Shown piece by piece: positions 51,617 to 61,237 of a DNA stretch of 64,000 nucleotides. Origin of the DNA: a virus (lineage: Duplodnaviria > Caudoviricetes); the IMG/VR virus record IMGVR_UViG_3300015050_001283, positions 7,966 through 71,965 of that record. One strand, written 5' to 3'. Positions within the stretch are counted from its first letter, which is position 1, and every line of letters begins with the position of its first letter. Under the pieces are notes generated by a model that saw nothing but the letters and a program-made list of their open reading frames with translations, made no database searches and was not told the origin of the DNA. Both the position numbers and the translations under genes were made by a program.

Positions 51617-52078
51617 TTAACCGCCGGAGCCGGCCTGATACCAGACCTTCTGGTTGGCAGCTGAGTAGTCGGTAGGACGCTGGATGCCGTTGGCGGTGTC
51701 CGTGGCATCGGTCCCCGCCTGGAGGACAGTGACCCGGTAAAGCGCGGTCGCGGTCTCGAACCAGAGCATGATCGTCGGGACGGAAGCGCCGATCGTTGGC
51801 ACCGCGGCCAATTCAGCCCAGCTGTGCACCGAGTTGTTGATCGGCACGAGGCCGCTACCACCGCCATACGCCTCGAAGAATTCGACGATGTTGTTGTTCA
51901 GGGCCGCGAGGATCTGCGCTTCGCTGCACAGGCACTGCCCGACGTTGACGAGCTGACCGCTGAATGTGGGCATGAGAAGATTGAAGGTTACAGCCAGGTT
52001 ATTGTTGATCTTTGCGAGAAGCTGGAGCTTCCCGTCGGGTGGGCAAAGGCAGGTAGGTGTGATGTCGATGGAGGGCAT
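51617..52078 (-). CDS. Small virion adaptor-like protein with two CxC motifs and a C-terminal module shared with the adaptor gene
   Basis: ATG at 52078 just after the upstream TAA; GTDAT...GIQRPTDY...KVW. Confidence 0.65.
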   Translation of the reverse strand: MPSIDITPTCLCPPDGKLQLLAKINNNLAVTFNLLMPTFSGQLVNVGQCLCSEAQILAALNNNIVEFFEAYGGGSGLVPINNSVHSWAELAAVPTIGASVPTIMLWFETATALYRVTVLQAGTDATDTANGIQRPTDYSAANQKVWYQAGSGG

Positions 52079-52079
52079 G

Positions 52080-53027
52080 TTAGGCGACGATGATCCAAAC
52101 CTTGGTGTTGGTGGGGTCCGAGTAGTCGTTAGGGCGCTGGATTCCCGGAGCCGTGGCATCGGTCCCCGTTTGCAGCAGCCACGTCTGAATGTTGCCGCCG
52201 ATGTAGACGCGCACAGCGTATGGAACCGACAGGGAGGCCGTGGGGATGGCGGAGAGCGCGGTGACGTCGCCGTCGACGCCTTCGAGCTTGGTGACCAGCC
52301 GGAGGAACGGGATGTCCTGCGCGCCGAAATCGGCCAACGTCGGCGGCAGAGGCGTCACATCGACGTATTCCTGATCGGGCTTCTCGGCGTCCAACTTCTC
52401 CTGGAAGTCGCGGAAGAGCGCCGTCCGCAGCCGGCGGTATTCACCCCATTGCTCGGCCGCGGCTGCCGGGTTTTTGTCGATCAGGCTGTAGATCTTGCTG
52501 AGAATGTAGGCCGCGAACGCTTCGGCTGCGTCTTCCGGGAACGGCACGTTGTCGCCGTCGGCGAAGTTGCTCTTGATGCCCTCCCAAACGAGCAGCAGGT
52601 AGGTCTCATCGTTGATGAGCGGATGAACGAGGAACTGGTCGCCGTATGGGGCGATGGTGTAGAGGTAGGAACGCTCATCACAACGACCGCAGATCAGCCG
52701 CTCACGCCCCATCCAATTCACGAAATCGAGGCGGTTGCGCCGACAGTTCGGATCGACGACCTCCCCGTCGACGATGGCCGACGAGATAATGTAGAACGCC
52801 TCCGGTATGGCGCCGGCCGGCAGCGCGCCGAGCATCGCTCTCGTGGTGACGGTCAAATCCGCCGCCTGGTAGATGGTCGTGTGGCCCTTCCGGTAGCCGC
52901 GGATGTAGCGCTGAAGGTCGGCCGCGCAGTTTTTCGCGGCACGAGCCTTGAGGGCTTCGGTGCCGCGACGGTTCGCATTGACGGTCAGCATCTCGTCAAT
53001 GATGTCCTTGAAATCAGCCCATGTCAT
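52080..53027 (-). CDS. Head-tail adaptor/tubular protein A with an extra C-terminal module
   Basis: Helical N-terminus, EDAAEAFAAYIL...AAEQWGEY (adaptor-like helices); two genes downstream of the capsid gene. Confidence 0.6.
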   Translation of the reverse strand: MTWADFKDIIDEMLTVNANRRGTEALKARAAKNCAADLQRYIRGYRKGHTTIYQAADLTVTTRAMLGALPAGAIPEAFYIISSAIVDGEVVDPNCRRNRLDFVNWMGRERLICGRCDERSYLYTIAPYGDQFLVHPLINDETYLLLVWEGIKSNFADGDNVPFPEDAAEAFAAYILSKIYSLIDKNPAAAAEQWGEYRRLRTALFRDFQEKLDAEKPDQEYVDVTPLPPTLADFGAQDIPFLRLVTKLEGVDGDVTALSAIPTASLSVPYAVRVYIGGNIQTWLLQTGTDATAPGIQRPNDYSDPTNTKVWIIVA

Positions 53028-53461
53028 TTGCCACCCCGTTTGCGCCGGATGGCCGGCTGTTCGAGCAGCGCTTCGTGAGGCGGCGTCGCTTCACCAGTGA
53101 GCAACGTCACCGCGGTAATCATGCCCGTGCTATTTGGATCGGTGCGGGCGGTATGGTTTACCGCAGGATTTGCATTTGCCGGCTGGCTCTGGCTGGGATT
53201 TCGCCGCGAGACGGTTGAGCTTGTCGAGCTCCCGCTCCCCTTTTTTTTTAAGCTGTCGTATCGATCGAAGGTGATTTCGTCGACGCCCGGGACTTGGCCG
53301 GCAGCGATTCCCGAGGCCAGGGCGCTGGCGGCGACTTCATCAGCCACCGCCAGAACCCCAAGCCAGGAACCGCCCCTTTGGCCCACAGGCTCAAAGTCGG
53401 AAAACGCGAAGCCGCCCGTTGAATACGAGCGGCTTGCGTTAGTTGTGATAAAGTAGCGCAT
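53024..53461 (-). CDS. Putative minor head/decoration protein
   Basis: Directly after the capsid gene; globular N-terminus and basic disordered tail. Confidence 0.5.
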   Translation of the reverse strand: MRYFITTNASRSYSTGGFAFSDFEPVGQRGGSWLGVLAVADEVAASALASGIAAGQVPGVDEITFDRYDSLKKKGSGSSTSSTVSRRNPSQSQPANANPAVNHTARTDPNSTGMITAVTLLTGEATPPHEALLEQPAIRRKRGGK

Positions 53462-53499
53462 CGGCGGCTACCTAGTTGGGGGGCTGAACTACCAGTCGA

Positions 53500-55209
53500 T
53501 TACGACTGGGGCACCGTGCAGTCCGGGATGGTGACGCGCGGGCAGCCGGACCGGAAGTTGTGGTAGATCAGGTGGCGCTCGGGGCGGTCCACCAGGATGG
53601 TCCACGTCTCGGAGCGGAGCTGATACTTCCGCACGTTCGGCGTGATGACGCACTGCCACAGTTCGAGGTCGGTGTTGTCCCGCGGCGTCTGGTTGTCCTT
53701 CGACTTGGAGCCGGCGACGCCCTTGGAGACGTCGGACCAGTCGATGAACCACAGGTTGTTGGCGCGGGTGCCCGCATCCCAGCCGACCCACTTCGTGCTG
53801 AAGGCGTCGACGAGATCGTTGAAGTAGTCGTCCACGAAGACGGCCCACTGGCAGCCGGCTTCCTTGACATCGTAGATGTCGTAGGTGAACAGCACCCAGT
53901 TGTCGTGGGTGATCTTCTGGTTCGCCTGGAAGAACTTCGTGATGTTCACACCGTATTTCGCGGTGTAATACTTGGTCATCGTCTCGAAGATGTAACCGGC
54001 CGTGTAGCGGTCGGTCATCGAGTCGATCACCGGCACGCGGTCGCCGGTAGCCTCGCGGAAGCGGCGGAGCAGGTAGATGCGGCTGAAGATGTCGTCGAGG
54101 TCGAGGCGGTTGCCCTGCATGTCGATGACGCGATTGCAGTCCGCCAGCATCGTGAAGATGCCAAGCGCGCTGGCCTTGTAGGCGAGCGGGCAATCGTTGT
54201 TCACGAGGTCATAGACGAGGGGCAGATTCCGCCAGTTGGCGGTCGTCTGGTTGTCCACGTCGATGGCCTGGCCGAAGAACGCGCTGTTCATCGCGGCGAG
54301 GTCGTAGCGGGAGCGCATCTGCTTCTGCTGCTCGGCGATCGACTGGAACTTGAAGCCCTTGAGGTAGTCGTTGACCTTGCCCTTCAGGATCTGGTCGAGG
54401 ACTTCCTCGTAAGCCTGCTCGCGGCAGAAGGACTGGCGGGTCGTCTGGAGCCAGTTGACGATGATCCGGCGGTTGAGGTCGGACGGCTGGTTCTGGCAGT
54501 AGGACTCGTAGTCCGAGATGCTGTTGGCGCCGTTCTCCGCCATGCCGAACACCGGATGGTAGTTGGCCTTCTCGGTCGGCGTGAGGAGCGCCCAGTTGGT
54601 GTCCGAGACGTTCGGATAGACCGTGACGGTCGCCTTTTTGGCGCCGCCGCCATCGGCGTTCACCGCGCGGATGACGGTGTAGACGTTGGTCAGCGCGGTC
54701 TTGTTGGCCACGTTGTCCCAGGTCTTGACGATGAGCGTGCTGCCGGGGACGAAATAGCGCTCGATGGCGTCGAGGTCGGTCTGGAACGCGGAGTTGCCGA
54801 GACCGAGGGTGAAGTTCCAGGCGGAAACCGGGATGTCGCCGGTGCCGGCGTCGGCCGGCGGCGTGCCGGCGATGATCGTCCAGTAGTTGGCGTTGATGTA
54901 GCCGCGCTGCGTGCGCTGGATGAAGGGCATCACGATCGACTGCTCGTCCACCTTGTCGATCATCAGCTTGCCCTTGACGTCCTTGATCGAGCTGTTGAGG
55001 AGCGTCATCAGCGAGCGCTCGGGAACGCCGAGCATCTTCGCTTCGGCGGCGTCGAGGATCGCCTTCGTGAGATAAATTTCCTTGTTGCCGAGGTCCACGA
55101 TGTCGCTCGGCGTCATGCCGGTGATCGTGGGGCGGGTGAGGGTGCAGCCGCAGGCGCTGTCGACTTTGATCGTGCGACCAACGCAGGGAGGATTCAGGAT
55201 GTCAGCCAT
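53500..55209 (-). CDS. Major capsid protein (large, 569 aa)
   Basis: Follows portal and scaffold; strongest codon bias in the window; TTRQSFC...LYDL...VIDM...WFIDWSDV pattern; preceded by a long leader. Confidence 0.75.
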   Translation of the reverse strand: MADILNPPCVGRTIKVDSACGCTLTRPTITGMTPSDIVDLGNKEIYLTKAILDAAEAKMLGVPERSLMTLLNSSIKDVKGKLMIDKVDEQSIVMPFIQRTQRGYINANYWTIIAGTPPADAGTGDIPVSAWNFTLGLGNSAFQTDLDAIERYFVPGSTLIVKTWDNVANKTALTNVYTVIRAVNADGGGAKKATVTVYPNVSDTNWALLTPTEKANYHPVFGMAENGANSISDYESYCQNQPSDLNRRIIVNWLQTTRQSFCREQAYEEVLDQILKGKVNDYLKGFKFQSIAEQQKQMRSRYDLAAMNSAFFGQAIDVDNQTTANWRNLPLVYDLVNNDCPLAYKASALGIFTMLADCNRVIDMQGNRLDLDDIFSRIYLLRRFREATGDRVPVIDSMTDRYTAGYIFETMTKYYTAKYGVNITKFFQANQKITHDNWVLFTYDIYDVKEAGCQWAVFVDDYFNDLVDAFSTKWVGWDAGTRANNLWFIDWSDVSKGVAGSKSKDNQTPRDNTDLELWQCVITPNVRKYQLRSETWTILVDRPERHLIYHNFRSGCPRVTIPDCTVPQS

Positions 55210-55325
55210 GGAAGTGGGTTGTTGAGGACGTTTTGGTTACGCCCGCAAGTATATCAGCCTCAACCTCCAGAAGTATGATTACCGAAAAAAACGCCCCTTT
55301 TCCTGTGTGACCCCAGAAATCAGCG

Positions 55326-55351
55326 ATTGTCGGGAATGTGCACCCGACAAT
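55326..55351. repeat. 9-bp perfect inverted repeat in the capsid leader
   Basis: ATTGTCGGG-N8-CCCGACAAT followed by GTTTTT on the plus strand; a further TTGTCG copy allows an alternative pairing. Confidence 0.6.
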
Positions 55352-55378
55352 GTTTTTGTCGCCCTACTTCTCAAACTA

Positions 55379-56566
55379 CTACCGGCCGCGCAGTCGCCGC
55401 GCCAGCTCGTAGGTCGCGCCGTCGATGCGTTCGGTGTTGGGATGCTCGGCCACTTCCATCGCTTCCCGCGGCGAACTCACCCGCAGGAAACCGGTGCCAG
55501 GCATCCCATGACGACCCGGCTTAAAGATTTCCCACTGAAGGAATTGCTGAGAACCAGACTGGTCGGTGAACTTCACCGGCATCGAGCCGTTCGGCACCTT
55601 GAAGTGCTGCGGCTGGAAGGTGCTGCCGTCGGCCGCGCCGAGCTTCAGCTGTTCGTTCGTCACGCGCGCGACCGCCGACTGCCAGTCGTTGATGCCGAGC
55701 GACACCAGCCAGCCATCTTTGTCTTCGACGAGCCCGCACGGGAACACGACGTAGGGCTTCCAACCTTCAACATAGCGCGGATCGACGCGATGGCCGTCCT
55801 CTTCGCTGCCGGACATGACCGGAAATTCCGAGATCTCCAGCGGGCGGAACGGCGGTTTCGCCTCGAACGTGTAGGCCGCGGCGTAGTAGCGCACAAAGTG
55901 CGGCGCGATTTCCGTCGGCAGTGAGCTGTGGAAAATCGACAGGTAGCGATCGCCGATCAGGATCGGCGGCGTGCCGCCGCGCACGACACCCCAATGCCAG
56001 TGCGGGCCAGGTGACCGAAGCTCCTCGACGATCTTCTCTCCCTCGACGCGCAGCACCACGTGTTCAGGTGAACCGGCGTAGACGCAATAAAGCTGCTTCG
56101 CGTGCTCGAAGAACATCCAGTTCTTTTCCTTGCCGATGCCGTTGTTCTGGCCGTGGCGCGGCTGCCATTCGTCGACAACCTGCCACCGGCCGTTGCTGGC
56201 GAGCTTCAGCTCGGCATATTTCATCACGCAGGTGTAATCCACGCCGGGCCGGTAGCCTTGCATCATCGTGTAGCTGATGTGGGGCTTGCCGCGGAACATG
56301 AACAGCCGAGCATCCTCGAAATGTTCGGTGCCGGTCGCAGCCGAAAACTTCAGGTGCTGGCTCTTGCCGATCGGCTCAAACTTCTCATTGAGCTGAACGA
56401 TGGCAGTGCCGCATCGCCCTTCCGCATCCATGCGGTGGAATCGATACGTGAGCCACAGCTTGCCGCGGTAGCGCAGCAGGCCGCAATTCCAGTGGCGGGG
56501 GGACGGCAGGAGACCACGCGACGAAATCGGCGTGGCCTCCACCTGTGTGAAGAGCGATGGCTTCAC
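55379..56566 (-). CDS. Five-bladed beta-propeller glycoside hydrolase/phosphorylase (GH130/DUF377-like) with a C-terminal extension
   Basis: NCGLL, FEDARLF, EKNWMFF, RGGTPPI, YYAAAYTFE, VVFPCGL...SLGINDW. Confidence 0.8.
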   Translation of the reverse strand: MKPSLFTQVEATPISSRGLLPSPRHWNCGLLRYRGKLWLTYRFHRMDAEGRCGTAIVQLNEKFEPIGKSQHLKFSAATGTEHFEDARLFMFRGKPHISYTMMQGYRPGVDYTCVMKYAELKLASNGRWQVVDEWQPRHGQNNGIGKEKNWMFFEHAKQLYCVYAGSPEHVVLRVEGEKIVEELRSPGPHWHWGVVRGGTPPILIGDRYLSIFHSSLPTEIAPHFVRYYAAAYTFEAKPPFRPLEISEFPVMSGSEEDGHRVDPRYVEGWKPYVVFPCGLVEDKDGWLVSLGINDWQSAVARVTNEQLKLGAADGSTFQPQHFKVPNGSMPVKFTDQSGSQQFLQWEIFKPGRHGMPGTGFLRVSSPREAMEVAEHPNTERIDGATYELARRLRGR

Positions 56567-56569
56567 CGC

Positions 56570-57979
56570 TTATTCAGCTGCGAGGAGACCGGCGGCGAGA
56601 TTCTTGGTCGCCGAATCGACGCCAGGATTTCCGCCGCCACCACCAGTGCCGCCGCCAGGCACGGGCGACGGCCGGAGGGCCGGAGATCCCGGGGCCGGCG
56701 GCGGGGTGGCCGGCGGAACCTGCGGCGCGACCGGCGCGGGCCGGTTGCGGACGTAACCACGCCGCTTGAGGTCTTCCTGTTTGACGCGAATCGTCTCCTT
56801 CAGGGTGAGCGGAACATGGGCCAGCGCGCGCTTTTCCAGCTCGGCGTTGGTGAAGGTCCAGAACTCGTGGCGGCGCGTCGGCTCGATGGTGTTCCACTCC
56901 TCGCGGGTGACGAACCACTTGCCATTGCGCTGGAGCTGCGCGCCGCCGGTGTTCTTGAAGTTTTCGCAGAGCTCGGAGACCATCTTGGTCAGGCGGGTGT
57001 GCTGCTCGTTGTTGTCGTCGAACTCGACCAACGGCTTGCCGGACGTCGGGTGTTTGGTCGAGAGGCGCTTGAATTCCTTCAAGTCGTCGGCGACGATCGA
57101 AAAGATGGTGTGCGCGGTTTCGAGTTCGTCGGCGAACTCCGCCTTGATCTCTTCGGTGAGCCCACCTTTCTCCTTGATGAGCTTGGTGATGTCCTCCGGC
57201 AGCGCTTCGCGCGCCAGCTGATTGTAGGTATCGAGGGCGAACTTCTCGATCTTCGGTGTTTCGTCGCGCTCGAAGAGCTGGTGCTCCAGCTGGCTGACGC
57301 GGGCATCCACCGGGCCGCGCGCGCGCTCCGCGATGCGATGTTCCTCGATTTCGCGGGTTTCCGTGCGTGACATCGTGGGCCGATGGTCGGCCAGGAACTT
57401 CTTGTAGGCCGGATCGTTATCTTCGATGCCCGGGTTCTCCTCCAAGAATTTGGTGTGCGCTTTGATGAAGCCCTTCACCTTGTCGCCCAGCCCCTTGTAT
57501 TTGGCCGGGTTGAATTTCTCGGCGTAGCGGGCATCTTCGAGCATCTGCTTCTCGTTTTCGACGAGACCCTTCTCGAAGTCCTCGTCGCTCTGCGGCGGCG
57601 TGGCAGCCACGGGCGGCGCCGGCGGCGGGGCCGGTTGGGCAATCGGCAGATCGGGCCGCTTCGGCGGCGCGGGCCGGCGCGCGCGGATGCCGGGTTCCGG
57701 CGGGGTCGCGGGCGGCGTGTCACCAGCCTTCGGCGTCTTCGGCTCGCCGGGCTTGGGTTCGCCGGCTTTCGGCGCGGCAGGTGCGCCCGGCGCCGCCGGC
57801 GGCGGGGTGCCGCCCTCCGGCTCGCCATCGGTCTCATCGAAGAGACGCTTCATCAGGCTCGAATGAGCCGGATGACGCTCAACCGGCGGCGCGGCCGGGG
57901 GAGTCGGGTTCGAGGGAGCAGCCGGCGTGGAAGCCGGAACAGCGGCGGGAGCCGCGGGTTGGGCAGGGGGCGGTGTCAT
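56570..57979 (-). CDS. Scaffolding protein (putative)
   Basis: Pro/Ala-rich termini and a charged helical core; between portal and capsid. Confidence 0.65.
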   Translation of the reverse strand: MTPPPAQPAAPAAVPASTPAAPSNPTPPAAPPVERHPAHSSLMKRLFDETDGEPEGGTPPPAAPGAPAAPKAGEPKPGEPKTPKAGDTPPATPPEPGIRARRPAPPKRPDLPIAQPAPPPAPPVAATPPQSDEDFEKGLVENEKQMLEDARYAEKFNPAKYKGLGDKVKGFIKAHTKFLEENPGIEDNDPAYKKFLADHRPTMSRTETREIEEHRIAERARGPVDARVSQLEHQLFERDETPKIEKFALDTYNQLAREALPEDITKLIKEKGGLTEEIKAEFADELETAHTIFSIVADDLKEFKRLSTKHPTSGKPLVEFDDNNEQHTRLTKMVSELCENFKNTGGAQLQRNGKWFVTREEWNTIEPTRRHEFWTFTNAELEKRALAHVPLTLKETIRVKQEDLKRRGYVRNRPAPVAPQVPPATPPPAPGSPALRPSPVPGGGTGGGGGNPGVDSATKNLAAGLLAAE

Positions 57980-57988
57980 AAAAAGGGC

Positions 57989-60493
57989 TTATGCGGGCGC
58001 AGGCTCGGCGAGCAGGGCGGCACCACCGGGCGGGGCCGGAGGCGGCGGACCGCCGGCGCCAGATCCGGGATTCGGCGGAGGCGGAGGTGAACCCGGGGGC
58101 GGCGTGGCGCTCGCCGGCGCTTGGGCGCCGAGGAGCTTGCTGAGAATCTGTTCGAGACGCTGGATGCGGCCGGCCATCTGCTCGATCACCTGGGTGGCCT
58201 GTTCTTTCTGCGCCTGCTGCTGCTCCGGCGGCTGACCCTGCTGCGGGATGGCATCGTCTTCACCATCCGCCATCGAGAGCTGGAAGTTCCAAGGCGCGCC
58301 GGACATGCGGATAACGAGGTTCGCGGCGTCGTAGATGTTCTTCATGCCCATCTTCTGCGCGACGCCCGGGATCTTCAGCAGCGACTGCAACAGCTGCATG
58401 ACGACCGTGGCGCCCTGCGTGTTGAGCACGCGCTCCGCGCCGTCGCGGTCGTCGAAATAGTAGTCGTAAACGAGGCTGCGGAGATTGCCCATGATCGGGG
58501 TCTTCACCGGAATGACCTGCTCGTCCTTCATATCCGCATCGACATTGCTCTCCGGGGCGATCGTGAAGCCAGCCGCCTTGAGCGTGCGCTTCGTATATTT
58601 GCCTTCGACCGGAACGCGGAAGGTCTCGCTGGCGCAGCCGACCAGCGACTCGTAAAGCATCTGCTTGGTGGCGGCGACTTGCTCGCGCGGCCCCTGCTGG
58701 CGGAACGCGCTGATGGACTGAACAGAGGTGCTGATTTCCTGCACCTCGCGCGCGGCCACCTCGCGGGGATTCGGCTGGCCGAGTTCGTTCGGGCTGAGAA
58801 TCAGCAGGCGGTCGGCGAGATTGAGCAGTTGGGCCAGCGACTTGTAGCCGGCTTCCACCACGTTCGAGACTTGGCTCTGGACGATGGCGAAGGCGGCGCG
58901 CGGATCGGTGATTCCGAGATCGCGGAGTTTCGTCGCCGAATACACCAGCACCTTGGGGTCCACCCACCAGTTGGCGTTCATGGCGTTCGCCTCGATTTCC
59001 TTGCGGATCGGCTCCTCCAGGGAGTCCTTGTCGATGAGCCAGAGCTGCACCAAGCTCGACCGGATCTGCATCAGCATGTGGCTGATAATGTTCGAGGCTT
59101 GGTCCTGATAGCCGAGGAGCGCCATGCCGATCGACTGATTGTCGACGCGGTTGTCGTTCCAGTTGATCGCGCCGTAGGCCGCGGGGATGGACGGCATGAA
59201 CTCGGCGTGGATGACCGTGTAGTCGCCGGCGACCGTCAGGCGGACCCAGACGTCGGCATCGTAGTCGCCGATGCCCTCAACCTTCGGGTTGATGCGCTCG
59301 AAATACTCGGTGATGAGGACGCCGTTGTCGCGGCACGCCGAACTGTAGAATCCGATGCGCGCCTCCCGATCGTTGTAAAGCGCAGGCGCCGCTTCAGATG
59401 CACCGGGCCAGGTAAGAACCTTGGGATCGAAATAATAGCCGAAGAAAAGATTGTTCTGACTGACGAGATTAAGCCAGCCGCTCGACGAGCAGATGTGGTC
59501 AACGTTGAAATAGTCGCCGGAGCTGTCGAGGAGAACGCCGTAACGGTTGATTCCCCAGTAGCCCATGTAGGCCGGACCGGTGTCGGAATTGACGTTGGCA
59601 AACGGCGCGCTCATGTCGCGGAACACGCGGTTCGGATTCGGGTTCACGAGGTCGAGACCTTCGCGCACCACGTAACTCTCGATTTCCTCCGTCTCCTGGC
59701 CGGTGTTGGTCACCTTGAAGCGCCACGATGTCTTGCGGTCCCATGCGGCGCGCGGGAACTTGATCGACTGGCCGTAAAGGATCATGTCCCGACGGCACTG
59801 GCTGTCGAGGTGGCGGTAGTTGTAGGCTTCCGCGATGATGTCTACCCGCTGGGTCAGGGCATCGCCGCGGAGCTGGGCCACTGCATCGGAGCTGCGCGGA
59901 TTGTATTTGTAGAGCGGGTAAAGGTTCGACCATAGCGCATCGATGCCGGCGTGGATGCGGGTGACGTAGGACCGCATCAGGTCGACTTGGAAATCGCAGA
60001 TGCGCGGGACGTCCACGTCGCCGATCCCGTTTGCTTCGGGGATTTTCTTGAAGAATTTCCGGACCGACTCACTCGGTTCGTTCGGCGTGCATCCATTGGA
60101 TGAGCAAAGTGCGCCAAATAACGCTGTCTTGTTGGTGATCTTGCCGGTCGCCCACATCATCAGCGGAATCGTGTCGCGCTGGATCGGCGCCGCATCCCAA
60201 GCCAAGTCCACCGCCTGACACGGCCGGCTGTTCTTGGCGTTGTTGGCGATGCCCTCGAAGACTCGGCTGCGGATCTTGTCCTCGAAGCGCTGCCGGATGG
60301 TAGCGTTTGCGTCGCACCGCTTTTTCTTCTCGCCGAAATCGCCGGCGTCCTTGCAGCCGTGCTTGGTGTAGAACTCCTGCGACTCGTTGTCGGTGCAGTT
60401 GATCGGCGGATTCGGCAGACCCTTCGACGTGAAGATCTCCCGCAGCCTGGCGCGTGAGCACCCTTTCTTTTCGAGGACTTTCAGGGAGTGCAT
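57989..60493 (-). CDS. Portal protein (putative)
   Basis: 834 aa downstream of terminase; NPREVAAREVQ (TATE-like), Gln/Pro-rich C-terminus. Confidence 0.7.
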   Translation of the reverse strand: MHSLKVLEKKGCSRARLREIFTSKGLPNPPINCTDNESQEFYTKHGCKDAGDFGEKKKRCDANATIRQRFEDKIRSRVFEGIANNAKNSRPCQAVDLAWDAAPIQRDTIPLMMWATGKITNKTALFGALCSSNGCTPNEPSESVRKFFKKIPEANGIGDVDVPRICDFQVDLMRSYVTRIHAGIDALWSNLYPLYKYNPRSSDAVAQLRGDALTQRVDIIAEAYNYRHLDSQCRRDMILYGQSIKFPRAAWDRKTSWRFKVTNTGQETEEIESYVVREGLDLVNPNPNRVFRDMSAPFANVNSDTGPAYMGYWGINRYGVLLDSSGDYFNVDHICSSSGWLNLVSQNNLFFGYYFDPKVLTWPGASEAAPALYNDREARIGFYSSACRDNGVLITEYFERINPKVEGIGDYDADVWVRLTVAGDYTVIHAEFMPSIPAAYGAINWNDNRVDNQSIGMALLGYQDQASNIISHMLMQIRSSLVQLWLIDKDSLEEPIRKEIEANAMNANWWVDPKVLVYSATKLRDLGITDPRAAFAIVQSQVSNVVEAGYKSLAQLLNLADRLLILSPNELGQPNPREVAAREVQEISTSVQSISAFRQQGPREQVAATKQMLYESLVGCASETFRVPVEGKYTKRTLKAAGFTIAPESNVDADMKDEQVIPVKTPIMGNLRSLVYDYYFDDRDGAERVLNTQGATVVMQLLQSLLKIPGVAQKMGMKNIYDAANLVIRMSGAPWNFQLSMADGEDDAIPQQGQPPEQQQAQKEQATQVIEQMAGRIQRLEQILSKLLGAQAPASATPPPGSPPPPPNPGSGAGGPPPPAPPGGAALLAEPAPA

Positions 60494-60858
60494 GGCTTTT
60501 GGCTCAGGTCAGGGAATGGATTGCGGATGACGTCGTTGGTCATTTCACCACAGCACCGCAGTTCCAGACAGGTGAGCAAGAGCGCGATAGGAAGCGCGAC
60601 TGCCCGGCTGCGGTGGATGCGATTGGTGCGCTCATAATTCAAAAGGTAGTCGTGCGGCATCAGCACCGATGAAGCCAGCTCCGCGGGACTGATCTGAAGA
60701 AAAGCGCAGAGCCGGGTGAAACGCTCCCATGTCCAACGCTCGACCAGCAGGAGCTTTGAGTAGTGGACATCGATGAGTAGCGTGGAAGGAGTTTGAAGTC
60801 GGCTGCCCTGATTGGGAAGGTCAGGGACGTAGCCAAATTTCTTGGAGATGCGCGGCAT
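60481..60858 (-). CDS. Hypothetical protein with a possible XRE-like HTH
   Basis: RLCAFLQISPAELAS...LLNYER pattern. Confidence 0.45.
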   Translation of the reverse strand: MPRISKKFGYVPDLPNQGSRLQTPSTLLIDVHYSKLLLVERWTWERFTRLCAFLQISPAELASSVLMPHDYLLNYERTNRIHRSRAVALPIALLLTCLELRCCGEMTNDVIRNPFPDLSQKPCTP

Positions 60859-60861
60859 CGA

Positions 60862-61185
60862 TCAACCGCCGACCGGACCGCTTTGGCCGGCGCTGTCGAT
60901 CGGGGCGGCGCTGCTGCCGTTGCTCTGCTCGCGGCCGGAACCTTCGGCTTCCGCGCCACCTTCGCCATCGGCGGCGATCTTGCCGTCTTCCTCGTCCTCG
61001 TATTTCTCATCGACCTTCGGCAGTTCTTCCGGAGTCGAGACGACTTCCTCGATGCGAAGATTCGCGTTGTTCTCGTCTTTGTCCTTGATGGTCAGACACG
61101 CATAAACCCGCTGGCCGGGCTGCATGTCGACGAGGAGGTCAGCGACCTCGGGATTCTTCTTCAAGTCGATGGGGACAATTTGCAT
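60862..61185 (-). CDS. Acidic hypothetical protein
   Basis: 107 aa with an Asp/Glu-rich tail. Confidence 0.65.
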   Translation of the reverse strand: MQIVPIDLKKNPEVADLLVDMQPGQRVYACLTIKDKDENNANLRIEEVVSTPEELPKVDEKYEDEEDGKIAADGEGGAEAEGSGREQSNGSSAAPIDSAGQSGPVGG

Positions 61186-61237
61186 AAAAAAGTGGGTTAA
61201 GACCGTATTGCGCGATGTTTGGCTTTGGTCAAGACAA

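Noticed and set aside
49528-51867. 779-aa version of the tailspike in the ORF track
   Set aside because: The extension overlaps the upstream gene and is low-complexity; ATG 51612 lies 4 nt after the upstream stop
53560-59935. 572-aa and 604-aa plus-strand ORFs
   Set aside because: Shadows of the capsid and portal genes
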